A DNA stretch of 64,000 nt from the NCBI RefSeq assembly GCF_004010195.1, contig NC_057718.1, positions 91,535,145 to 91,599,144 of the forward strand. Reading direction: 5' to 3'. Positions within the stretch are counted from its first letter, which is position 1, and each line of letters begins with the position of its first letter. Source of the stretch: Chiloscyllium plagiosum (Eukaryota). Of this stretch, positions 52,642 to 64,000 are shown in pieces. The position numbers were made by a program, and so were the translations under genes. The notes beneath the pieces were generated by a model. It was not told where the DNA came from, did not search any database, and saw nothing but the letters and a program-made list of their open reading frames with translations.

Positions 52642-54519
52642 TGCACTGTCCGGTTTGAGAGCACTGCACTGTCCAGTTTGAGAGCAGTGCACTGTCCGGT
52701 TTGAGAGCAGTGCACTGTCCGGTTTGAGAGCACTGATCTGTCGGGTTTGAGAGCACTGATCTGTCGGGTTAGAAAGCACTGATCTGTCGGGTTTGAAAGC
52801 ACTGCACTGTTGGGTTTGAGAGCACTGCACTGTCCGGTTTCAGAGTAATGCACTGGCCGGTTTGAGGGCACTGCACTGTCCGATTTGAGAGCACTGCACT
52901 GTCCAGTTTGAAAGTAATGCACTGTCAGGTTTGAGAGTACTGCACAGTCCGGTTTGAGAGCAGTGCACTGTCCGGTTTGAGAGTAATGCACCGTAATGTT
53001 TGAGAGCACTGCACTGTCTCGTTTGAGTGCACTGCACTGTCCGGTTTGAGAACACTGCACTATCTGGTTTGAGAGCACTGCACTGTCTGATTTGAGAGCA
53101 CTGCACTGTCCGGTTTGAGAGTAATGCACTGTCCAGTTTGAGAGTAATGCACTGTCCGGTTTTAGAGCACTGCACTGTCCAGTTTGAGAGTAATGCACTG
53201 TCCAGTTTGAGAGTAATGCACTGTCCAGTTTGAGAGCACTGCACTGTCCGGTTTGAGAGCACTGCACTGTCCGGTTTGAGAGCACTGCACTGTCCGGTTT
53301 GAGAGCAGTGCACTGTCCAGTTTGTGAGCACTGATCTGTCGGGTTTGTGAGCACTGATCTGTCGGGTTTGAGAGCACTGATCTGTCCGGTTTGAGAGCAC
53401 TGCTCTGTCGGGTTTGAAAGCACTGCACTGTCGGGTTTGAGAGCACTGCACTGTCGGGTTTGAGAGCACTGCACAGTCCGGTTTCAGAGTAATGCACTGT
53501 CCGGTTTGAGAGCACTGTACTGTCCGGTTTGAGAGCACTGCATTGTCCGGTTTGAAAGTAATGCACTGTCAGGTTTGAGAGTACTGCACAGTCCGTTTTG
53601 AGAGCACTGCATAGTCCATTTTGAGAGCACTGCACTATTTGGTTTGAGAGCACTGCACTGTCCGATTTGAAAGTAATGCACTGTCAGGTTTGAGAGCACT
53701 GCATTGTCCAGTTTGAGAGTAATGCACTGTCCGGTTTGAGAGCACTGTACTGTCCGGTTTGAGAGTAATGCACTGTCCAGTTTGAGAGTAATGCACTGTC
53801 CGGTTTGAGAGCACTGCATTGTCCGGTTTGAGAGCACTGCACTGTCCGGTTTGAGAGCAGTGCACTGTCCGGTTTGAGAGCAGTGCACTGTCCGGTTTGA
53901 GAGCACTGCACTGTCCGGTTTGAGAGCAGTGCACTGTCCGGTTTGAGAGCAGTGCACTGTCCGGTTTGAGAGCAATGCACTGTCCGGTTTGAGAGCTCTG
54001 ATCTGTCGGGTTTGAGGGCACTAATCTGTCGTGTTTGAGAGCACTGCACTGTCCGGTTTGAGAGTAATGCACTGTCCGGTTTGAGAGCACTGATCTGTCG
54101 GGTTTGAGAGTACGGCACGTTCCTGTTTGAGGGCACTGCACTGTCCGGTTTGAGAGCACTGCACTGTCCGGTTTGAGAGCACCGCACTGTTCGGTGTGAG
54201 AGTACTGCACTCTCCGGTTTGAGAGTAATTCACTGTCTGGTTTGAGAACACTGCACTGTCCGGTTTGAGAGCACTGCACTGTCTGGTTTGAGTGCACTGC
54301 ACTGTCTGGTTTGAGAGCACTGCACTGTCTGGTTTGAGTGCACCTCACTGTCCGGTTTGAGAGTACTGCACTTTTCTGTTTGAGAGTACTGCACTTTTCT
54401 GTTTGAGAACACTGCACTGTCTGGTTTGAGAGCACTGCACTCTCTGGTTTGTGAGTAATTCACTGTCTGGTTTGAGAGAACTGCACTGTCCGCTTTGAGA
54501 GCACTGCACTGTCCGGTTT
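52642..54519. repeat. 23-bp minisatellite, about 80 units
   Basis: Consensus gagagcactgcactgtccggttt with interspersed variants (gtaatgcact, gcagtgcact, gcactgatct). Confidence 0.97.
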
Positions 54520-55897
54520 ACTGTTATTGCAGTCAAGAAACAACATATCTGCTCTTTCTGATGTTAACCCAAATGACGTTTTTCTATTTTTCACTTCTTA
54601 CTTTCCAACGTGAACCCTGCTCTGACCTCTTCACATTAACAGCTCCACATCCTCAACATACACACTGGCTTCGAGTCTTGCTTGATTTGGGAAGTGCACT
54701 TAATTTTGTCTCTCTGTTCAAAACAACACTGGACTTTGTATAGCATTTTCAAATGAAAATGTCTCCACAATAATTGAGATCTAATGCATTAAAAGTACAA
54801 AACGCTTTTGTTGAACAGCATTCCCGCATTATGCAGTTTTCATTTTTTTGGCATGGATAATGATCACACTCAATTTGTTAGTACAGGTCTTGTTGTATCA
54901 GAAACTCGAATGTTCAACTTCAGAGGTTTATTATCCCACAGATTGCTTGCTCTTATTTACTGCATTTCTTTATCCTTTGATCAGGCAGCTGGTTCATATC
55001 AGAAATGTTTCAGAAGAAGGTAATTGCAGAGAAATAATTTTCGAGGAAATGATATGTGTTGCATTATTTTCTAAACATTGCCAGTGCTTAACAATGTTTT
55101 ATGGCAATCCTCTGTCGGTCTTTGCTGACAGATGTTAAACTGACACCCTTGCAGAGTGCATACACTATCTAGAATTTGATTGCCACATTGCTGTTGTTTT
55201 TCATGCCCATCAGGAGTCTTGGTTGAGATTATTTTAAAAAAGAAAGACGCTGCTCTCTGCTGGCCTGTTCATGGTACTACATGCTTGTCAGTGATTGCGG
55301 TCAGTGAAAATTGTCCTGGTTGATGTTTGGAGCATATTTGAATAGGAATGTCAGTCAACAGGGTTAAACGAGCCCTTCACCTGACATTATACTGTTTAAG
55401 TGGGATATTTATGTTTAAAGAGGTTCCATTTTCAGTGCAAGTTAATTATCCAGCACACTGTATAAAAACTTTGTTAAGGTCCTGTCTGCATCTGCATTTT
55501 CCATCTCTTACAAATATATGTCTTTCTCTTGCGTTTAGTGAAGATACTTAATGGAGGATGCACAGCATAGGTGGGAAGGAGAACAAAAGGAACAAAATGC
55601 CTTGCAGTGGTTTCACATATAAACGAGAAAGGCTAGCTGAAAATAAAAGTAGTAAAAATACCTGAGAAAAGCAACAGTAATGAATGGAGAGAAAACACAC
55701 CATTTACTGGTGTCACATTTATTCAGTCGTTGAAGAAGTTACACTGTGCATGAATAAAATACAAAAGAGGATGAATCCCCTTCACTCCACCAGTTGCTTT
55801 AAACTCTGCAGCAAATGAGAGTTTCCCACAGTGTTGAAAAATGTCTTGGAAAAAGAAGCAGGTTCATGGTCATACATGAGAGATCCTTGTTGCTATA

Positions 55898-56126
55898 CAG
55901 GAAGTCCCCGGGTTACCAACGTCCGACTCACGAACATCCCGTACTTACAAACTGACCTCCAGCTTCTCATTTTTTAAAAAATATTTTGAAAAATATGAGT
56001 TATATACAATGTTTTGTTCAAATGAACAGGCGGACTAACTAGCCGGTTTCTGTTCTAATTTACACACAAATTCAGCTTACAAGCAGCGGGGAAAATAGAA
56101 CTCTTTTGTCACCTGGGGACTTTGTG
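55898..56126. mobile_element. Tigger/mariner-type MITE with TA target-site duplication
   Basis: ta-caggaagtccccgggt ... acctggggactttgtg-ta. Confidence 0.75.
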
Positions 56127-56359
56127 TATATGATCATATAGATCACAGCTGACTTAAAGTATCGTCCACGAATAATAAATCTCAAGTTCCAACAAAATAT
56201 AAAATTAACCTGTGTTAAATTATCAGTTAAAGAAGAGTTGTTTAATTTACATATTTTTAGTTGAGCATTAATTAAGTCATAATTAAGAGGCAAAATCATT
56301 GCTGCTGTCATTATGATAATTTTAAAAAATAAACTAATACTAACAAAGATGAAAGTAAC

Positions 56360-57135
56360 TTTGCAGAAGGTTCTTGTTCGAGCAATTCAAATCCAAACAC
56401 TTAAAGCTCCCATCACTTTTCTTTGCTCAACAAAGTTAACTCTGTTTTTCGAATCCAGGGTCAGTCCATTTGAAGCTGTCACTTGTTCCAGCTGAGATTC
56501 TCTATTTGTATATTTCAGACTCACTCCATTCCATTGCAGCTTGTATTCATTTATTTCTTTCCTAATTATAGCTCCTCGGTTTGATTCCAATTCTCTAATT
56601 AGTAATTGCTCCACTTTTTATAGTTCTTCCTCTTTCCAATTCTTGGAATCAGACTTATTCTATTAGGTAAAGTAAGTTTGTACGAATACTGTATTAATCA
56701 CAGATCACTTTATAGCAGGACTTTGGGCATTCTCTCTGGCTGCAAGTCAACTATTCTGGACACTCTCAAAGCATTTAGATAAGCTGTGTTTAATTTCCAG
56801 AGTGATTAGTTTATCCAATAAATGCTCAGCACTCTGAAAGAAGTTTGCTACAATTGCAATATAGAGTCTAAATCTTGTGGAATAGTTTATTTAATATTTT
56901 GCACTTCAGATTTAAAACTAGCTAAATAATCCCAAGTTATTTTATCAGTTTTCCATGGAGAACTGTTTCACAGACCTGAAAATATAGTGCAACCCTCAAG
57001 ACTTGCTCTGCATCTTTAATCCAGTTTCACTGGGTTTAGACTCAATCCGGTTGCTTCGCTGAACTCGAGTCATTTTCCTCAGACAATAATAACAGCTTTT
57101 TCTCTTCTTGACTTATTCTGACACTCCATTCAAAA
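56360..57135 (-). pseudogene. Possible decayed spectrin-repeat protein coding remnant
   Basis: Peptides NWIKDAEQVL, VANFFQSAEHLLDKLITLE, IRKEINEYKLQWNGVSLKYTNRESQLEQ, FVEQRKVMGALSVWI, interrupted by stops and a frameshift. Confidence 0.45.
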
Positions 57136-60100
57136 CAAATTCCAGGTCATGCTACACTTTAATACATATTTGGATGAAATGAGTATTGAAACAATAATCA
57201 ATTTGAATACTTCATTTGAGGAAACAGGTTGCTGAAAGCTATTTTTAATACACAGAAGTTGTTTTGGTTTCACATGTTTCTTGCAGATAGTTTTTAATAA
57301 AATGGAAATTGCCTAAAATTTCATGAAATTCCAAGAGAATAATGAACATCCACAGCTCAAAGATTTTGGCATTTACCTGAAAATCATTGCAAAAGTGAAT
57401 TTGTATGACAGTGGTGTTCAGCACAGATGAACTGACAGCAGCACATTAATGACAACATATGCCTGGAATAGACACAAAACACAGAGAAGAAAATGAAAAT
57501 GTCGCCAATCATTTTAGTACTACTGGGACGTTACCTTTTAATTTAGCGATTGTGAGGTTTGGGGGGTCTGTTTTCATTGGGAAGGGGGTCTGGGATTCAG
57601 TCTCTTGACACATCAGACGCTAATCATTATTATCATTTAACTGAGGTTGGAAAATGTATTTGTCATGCAAACGTTATTATAATTGTAGTAAATTAGATAC
57701 ATGTGTAATTGTACCCTCTGTAATGGACTGTAATTACATTTTAGCATACAGAAGTGTTCTTTTTCACACTGCTATAAGCAAAGGTTTTTTTCTTAGGAGG
57801 ATGTTTATGCGTAGGCAGCCTTCTCACTGATGTGCTTCTGATTTGTAGGACTGTAAGACAGAGTGAAACTAGAGTGTGGACAAAGACAATCCTGCTGTGA
57901 GTATGCTAATACTAAATATTTACATGGGAAATCTGTCTCTCACAGTGTGAATGTGGAGTTTTCTGGGCAGTGTGTTGGAATGTTATTGGGAACTTGCCAG
58001 TAATGGTTAACAATGTGGCTATTAAGCAGGATAGTTCTTTTTAAAAAGAAAATCTATGTTCTATCCTGAGGCACAAACAATGTTGTTGTGTTTGAAACAG
58101 CATGTTCTGGTTAATTAGCATTCGGTAAATCACTGACAGCTTTTATTGCAAAAGAGCAGCATTTTGATTTATTATTTTGTTGAAAAGCAAATCTTATTCA
58201 TGACTTGCGGTTATAAAAGAATAATAGAGTAAATGTTTTGGAGAGGGATAGTGTTAATTCGCTAATATATATCTTTGTCAGAGATGAGCTACTTAATCTA
58301 TTTTTACCAGTTTCTATGGAAACAAGATTTTATTTACAGTATTTACTGGTGCTGTTTGACATTGTCATTCTGTCTGAGAATAAAGTCAATTGTTCTTAGA
58401 GGGAGTTGACGGATAATGGAATGAACATCAAAGGCAGGACAATACTTGACCAAGTTCATAAGGTTAACCTCTGCTATACCTCAGATTTTCATTTACTCTG
58501 CATGAATCTCCTTTCCACTTATTGAAATTCTATTCATATCTGTTGTAGCATGGGCTTAACTCTTTCTCTTTGAATCCAAATGAATTTATTTCCCCTGTAT
58601 TATTTTTCATCCAATGGATTTGATATTGAATAGGTTCAGATGGAGAGGGCTTAAGCCAGAAATAGAGGCGGAGATGAATTCAAATCGATTACAGATAAGA
58701 AGGTAGAGATAAGTTCTGATGGAATAGGATTGGAATAAATGGATTTCTCTGAGTTAAAACTAGGTGGGGTGGGGGGTTGGATGATAGATGATAGTAAATT
58801 CATATGTGCAATGGTAGGAATCTCTGGGATTCGTAGCTCATTTATTTAGAAGTAAGAAATAAGTTATTAGAAGGGACATGCTTTAAGAGAGAATGTCCCT
58901 CTTTCATTAGCTAATTTATCATTGTTTTTAAAATATATCATTTTGATCAAATCTGATAAAGAATTCAATAATTGAGATTTTTTCTCAGACTTTTCATAAA
59001 TTGCTCAAGATTTGGTAGTCAAATTTGAGTCACTTTTTGCCAATGCATATATATTGATATAATTGTATGCTGTACATGTAACTCTTCAGCAATGCTGGTA
59101 TATCAGCAAAATTAAAACTATTCAATGAAGCTAAAGCTTTGGATAAAACTGAAAATTAAGCATGCCTGATATTTTCATATGAACCTTTCGGTTATAAATT
59201 AAATAATAACCCCAAAATATGGTGAGATCATGACACTTTCACAATATTATGGTGAAGTTACGTCCAGTTTTTTTTTCAGTTTATTTTTCCTGTTATTCGC
59301 ATCTTTTTGTCGAAATTTGCCACCACTTTAGTTCCAACAAAATAAAGAACAGCAGTAAAACGGATCACATTCAATTAAATATTCATACTGGTCTGGGTCA
59401 AGGCTGGAATATGTTCCTAGGTTTAGGTGATATTTATAAACCACTCAGCCTTTACTCTTGAGATTTCTCCTGTAACTTAAACCCTTCAATGTGTTACAAT
59501 CTTGTAATATTCTGAAGAACTTAAGGAGATCAAGATTGAATAAAAACCATCCAACCATGTACATCTGAAGACTGCTTTTTCTCAACATATGTTCTGTATC
59601 GAAAGTATATCTTCCATTTTATGATAAAGCAAACAGTACTTACTATTTTTTTGCCATTTGCAAACGTATCCATTTCTTCATTGTGGTTTTATTCAGTATG
59701 CATCTGGTAGGTTCTGGAAGTGTGGATTAGAAAGGACGAGACTGGGGAAAGTGGGGGTGGTGCGAATTCTGTTCTACCTCTGTGTTCTTCATGAAGGCTC
59801 ATTTGAAACAAAAAAGTTATACTTTTATTCTGTTTGGCTGTCAGTTTTAAAATATGTTATTTAGTGCTAATTTTAGGTCGGAAAATAATTATTTTAATGG
59901 AAGAAATGATTGCTTCCCTTTTGGACATTTCAGTACCTGATTGTACAAAGCATGTACAAAAGGTAATAGTTTTAATTATCAACATTATTCCTGTATTGCC
60001 AGAGATAATTCTGAAGATTTAATGAAATTTGTATGCAGTTACACTATTTGGCCCATGATCCAAATGTGAATGTGAAATGTTTGTACCCAAAGTCTTATTA

Positions 60101-60306
60101 TTTGTGAAAACTCGACACATAATCAAATGTTTGAAGACACTGAAAACAAGTATAGTAGAACCAGAAAATATATTTCCCTGTTTCAGGGGACAATTTGGAA
60201 ATAGGATGTTCCTATTTGGATGTAAATATAAACCTTTATTTCACAGCCTAACATATTGACTAGATAATCACTCTTAAAACCTGATGTCTTTGGTAAACAC
60301 CAATAC

Positions 60307-61418
60307 GACACATCTGGGTAGTAGTAACAGGATTGGTCAGAGTCAGCATGGATTTATGAAGGGGAAATCATGCTTGACTAATCTTCTGGAATTTTTTGAG
60401 GATGTAACTCTGAAGATGGACGAAGGAGATCCAGTAGATGTAGTGTACCTGGACTTTCAGAAAGCTTTTGATAAAGTCCCACATAGGAGAAGTGAGCAAA
60501 ATTANNNNNNNNNNNNNNNNNNNNNNNNNNNNNNNNNNNNNNNNNNNNNNNNNNNNNNNNNNNNNNNNNNNNNNNNNNNNNNNNNNNNNNNNNNNNNNNN
60601 NNNNNNNNNNNNNNNNNNNNNNNNNNNNNNNNNNNNNNNNNNNNNNNNNNNNNNNNNNNNNNNNNNNNNNNNNNNNNNNNNNNNNNNNNNNNNNNNNNNN
60701 NNNNNNNNNNNNNNNNNNNNNNNNNNNNNNNNNNNNNNNNNNNNNNNNNNNNNNNNNNNNNNNNNNNNNNNNNNNNNNNNNNNNNNNNNNNNNNNNNNNN
60801 NNNNNNNNNNNNNNNNNNNNNNNNNNNNNNNNNNNNNNNNNNNNNNNNNNNNNNNNNNNNNNNNNNNNNNNNNNNNNNNNNNNNNNNNNNNNNNNNNNNN
60901 NNNNNNNNNNNNNNNNNNNNNNNNNNNNNNNNNNNNNNNNNNNNNNNNNNNNNNNNNNNNNNNNNNNNNNNNNNNNNNNNNNNNNNNNNNNNNNNNNNNN
61001 NNNNNNNNNNNNTTAGAAGACTGAGAGGGGATCTGATTGAGTCATATAAGATTATTAAAGGATTGGACACTCCGGAGGCAGGAAACATGTTTCCGCTGAT
61101 GGGTGAGTGTCGAACCAGAGGACACAGCTTAAAAATACGGGGTAGACCATTTAGGACAAAGATGAGAAGAAACTTCTTCACCCAGAGAGTGGTGGCGTGT
61201 GGAATGCTCTGCCCCAGAGGGCAGTGGAGGCCCAGTGTCTGGATTCATTTAAGGAAGAGTTGGATAGAGCTCTCAAGGATAGTGGAATCAAGGGTTATGG
61301 AGATAAGGCAGGGACAGGATACTGATTAAGGATGATCAGCCATAATCATATTTAATGGTGGTGCAGGCTCGAGGGGCAGAATGGCCTACTCCTGCACCTA
61401 TTGACTATTGTCTATTGT
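60307..61418 (+). mobile_element. 5'-truncated CR1 LINE with 6-bp target-site duplication caatac
   Basis: SQHGFMKGKSCLTNLLEFFE..VYLDFQKAFDKVPH; tail (ctattgt)n; caatac at 60301-60306 and 61419-61424. Confidence 0.92.
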
Positions 61419-63630
61419 CAATACAATGTAATAATGTGCTGACAGGTTTTACTTCCAATTTAAGACTCTGTTTGAGAAGTCATTTTGGTTTTAATCTTTC
61501 AGTTTAAAATCTCTTGATGTTCTGATCTAAAGGTAAAATATTCAGAGTTTGGATAACATTTCTGATAAAATTCTGAATTATTACCGAATTACTGTTTAAT
61601 TTGCTGCCAAATTTATTGGATTTTGTATGGGGTATGGCATTTCTTCCAGCTTACTTTTATTCATCCAGAAATGTCTTCAAGCACCATTCCCCACCTGCCT
61701 TCAATACTCATCCCAGGCCATTTCACTTTTAAAGATCTGAGGTTTTCACTCTTTGGTTCAAAACTCAAAATGTAATTGATAACAATATGCCTGATTTACA
61801 TTTTCCACTCACTCATTCATTCTATCTATATGGTTCTAAAGCATTGACACCGTGCTAAAAGCCTTGTGGTTTTTCTGTGACAATGAGAATTTAAAAGTTT
61901 CCCTTGCTCTTAAATGAGTGAAACCATGCACTATACTTAAAAGGTGTTGGCTGATCATTGCACAATTTGATCCCAGCTTCTTCTAACTTGCATTCTGCTA
62001 TTATGATTGTGGTTGTTCAAAAATGTATTGGCTTTGTTGATTGCTGTCTGCACTGGTTAGACACGTGGAGTCTGCTGGGACTCATCATTCTCTTTAGACC
62101 CTATCTTTGGCTTTTCAACATCAAACATTAATCATGGACTACAATGCATTCAATGGAGCCATTTACTTTTTTTTCTCCAGTTTTAGGTTTAGATTTGCTT
62201 TTGTATTTTCAAAAAAAGGAATAGGGAAATAGTGGTATGCTTGTACAGAATAGACAACTGGTCTGCATCTAATATGACTGTCTGTCCAGATGATGTTGTC
62301 ATTTTTATTCTCATTAATTTAGGATCCTTGCTCATCCAATGTCCTGTAAAAGCTCTGTCATGTCTGTAACAGGAGCCAGTATTGCAGTAGTATTGGAAGG
62401 AGATAGATCTGTGTCACTTGGTAGGCTTCAACTTCAGTTCTACTTTAAGCTGTTTAGATGTGTGTACTACTGGAATACTTTGAAATCTAAAGGCTAATTG
62501 ATGGATAGGGAGTAAGGTTAGCAGCTTTCAAGAACAAGGTTGAATAGTTCAGAAAACTCCAATAGATCAGTTTTAGAATGTGATAGGTTTTACAAATTGG
62601 AATAGATAGCTTGGAAGAGCAGAAATGAATAGTTCATACAATTTGAGCAGTGAATTTAAATACACATCTGGTTAGTTTTTTGTAGCATCTTTCCATTCTG
62701 TCAATTGTTCAAAGTACTGGTCCTTGAATTCGTGGAGTCATTGAGGAGGCATCATTGTATTGCCTCCATTTAACTGCAGTTTAACATCACAATTATTGAA
62801 TAGAGTATATAGAAGCTCACTACTTAAGAAAATCACCTCAAACTTTGCAAGTATAAAGGGAAGCATTAGATTTTTTAGAATGGGTCTTCGTCAGGAATGG
62901 CTATAAATAAGTGAAAATTATACAACAATTGTTTCGTTGGTTGAATGTAATTTTCTGTGGCTAGCTCCAACCAGCAGCTTTGGACATGTACAGGAAGGTG
63001 ATTAAATCAGATCAAAGTATTAGAAATTGTGGTCTTGATAGAATAGACACTGATGCGAACAGTAAAAAGATGGTGGCAAGAAAGGAGGTCTTTGGCCTGG
63101 ATATTAATGTGGGCAGAGGATTGAATTGTATAAATAAAACCTGCAAGTCAAGCAAACACACCAGATTGTCCAATTTCACCTTAACTGGAGCTACATATTT
63201 TGAATCCAGGATTTGGCATCTCCAAACTGTAAAGTAAAGGTGATGTGAACCTGCACGATGTGATTCTATGTAAAGGCACCATGTAGAATTAAAATTTTAA
63301 GGAATTGGGAGAGTGTTTAAGATGGATTCATGCAAAGTATTCACAGCTGAAATGAGGCATTCCTGCAATTGGGTAGTTCCAAGAGCATGAAGAATATACA
63401 TGCATTATGCTCCAGTCTTGGATGCAGTGCAAAAGCAATTTAATGATCTAATGAACAGAATTCAGGAATGGTGAGTACCTTTGTTGATTCATCTCCATCT
63501 GTGGTATAAGCCCTCCAACATTTACCTAACACTCTTCCCCATTTATCCATCCAGTGCTGCCACTCACTCGAAATGCAGTTTGATACATCTATCACACTTG
63601 TTAAATCAGTTGCAGCTATCAGTCACTCTC

Positions 63631-63845
63631 AAGTGAGCCTGTGGAATTCTCTGCCACAGAAAGTGGATGAGGCCAAAACTTTGAAGGTTATCAAGAAGAA
63701 GTTTGATATGGTTTTTAGGGATCATCAGATAAAAGGGTATGAGGAGAGGTCAGGTACTGAGCTGGATAATTAGCCCTAATCATATTGAATGATGGTGGAG
63801 ACTCAAAGCACTAAATGGCTTAGTTCTAGTTTGGTTCTACTTTTC
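63631..63845 (+). mobile_element. CR1 3' end fragment
   Basis: VSLWNSLPQKVDEAKTL. Confidence 0.75.
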
Positions 63846-64000
63846 TGTTGCTGTGGGACTCCTTAAAAAAGAAGATAGCAGATTTGAGATGTTAGAAAGG
63901 ACGAGGTGCAAGACATCACAAACATTAAACTCAGTGTGTATTATGGCGTCTATTTCACATCCTTATGTTTATCTACCGAGGAATTCATGCATACAGGAAG

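Noticed and set aside
52041..54536. Cys/Ser/Gln-rich repetitive protein gene
   Set aside because: ORFs occur in all three minus frames simply because the 23-bp unit lacks stops
58872..58900. Hairpin agggacat..atgtccct
   Set aside because: An isolated 8-bp stem is expected by chance

Overview
Eukaryotic genomic DNA, inferred to be elasmobranch (shark) from its HE1-like V-SINEs, Deu-domain SINEs and HER1/CR1 LINEs, with four assembly gaps. The window is almost entirely intronic sequence near the 3' end of a minus-strand RALGAPA2 gene. One 122-nt coding exon is confidently seen (30135-30256, [40 protein letters not shown]). It is preceded by a U12-type branch site, and I did not find the partner exon in the window, implying a minor intron of more than 33 kb. 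The rest is dense in CR1/L2 LINEs, SINEs, Penelope-like element (PLE) pieces, Tigger-like MITEs, candidate solo LTRs and a ~1.9-kb 23-bp minisatellite, with TE-poor blocks that look like conserved non-coding enhancers. Best leads: (1) scattered spectrin-repeat-like peptides at 56-63 kb, suggesting a decayed gene nested in the intron; (2) minimal hammerhead-ribozyme motifs in PLE termini, including fold-back pairs and a tandem array of just the ribozyme domain; (3) a possible frame-preserving cassette exon with U12-like signals inside the minor intron; (4) inverted LINE pairs able to form dsRNA around the exon. No prokaryote-type system is present. Repeat family names come from motif recognition, not database searches.
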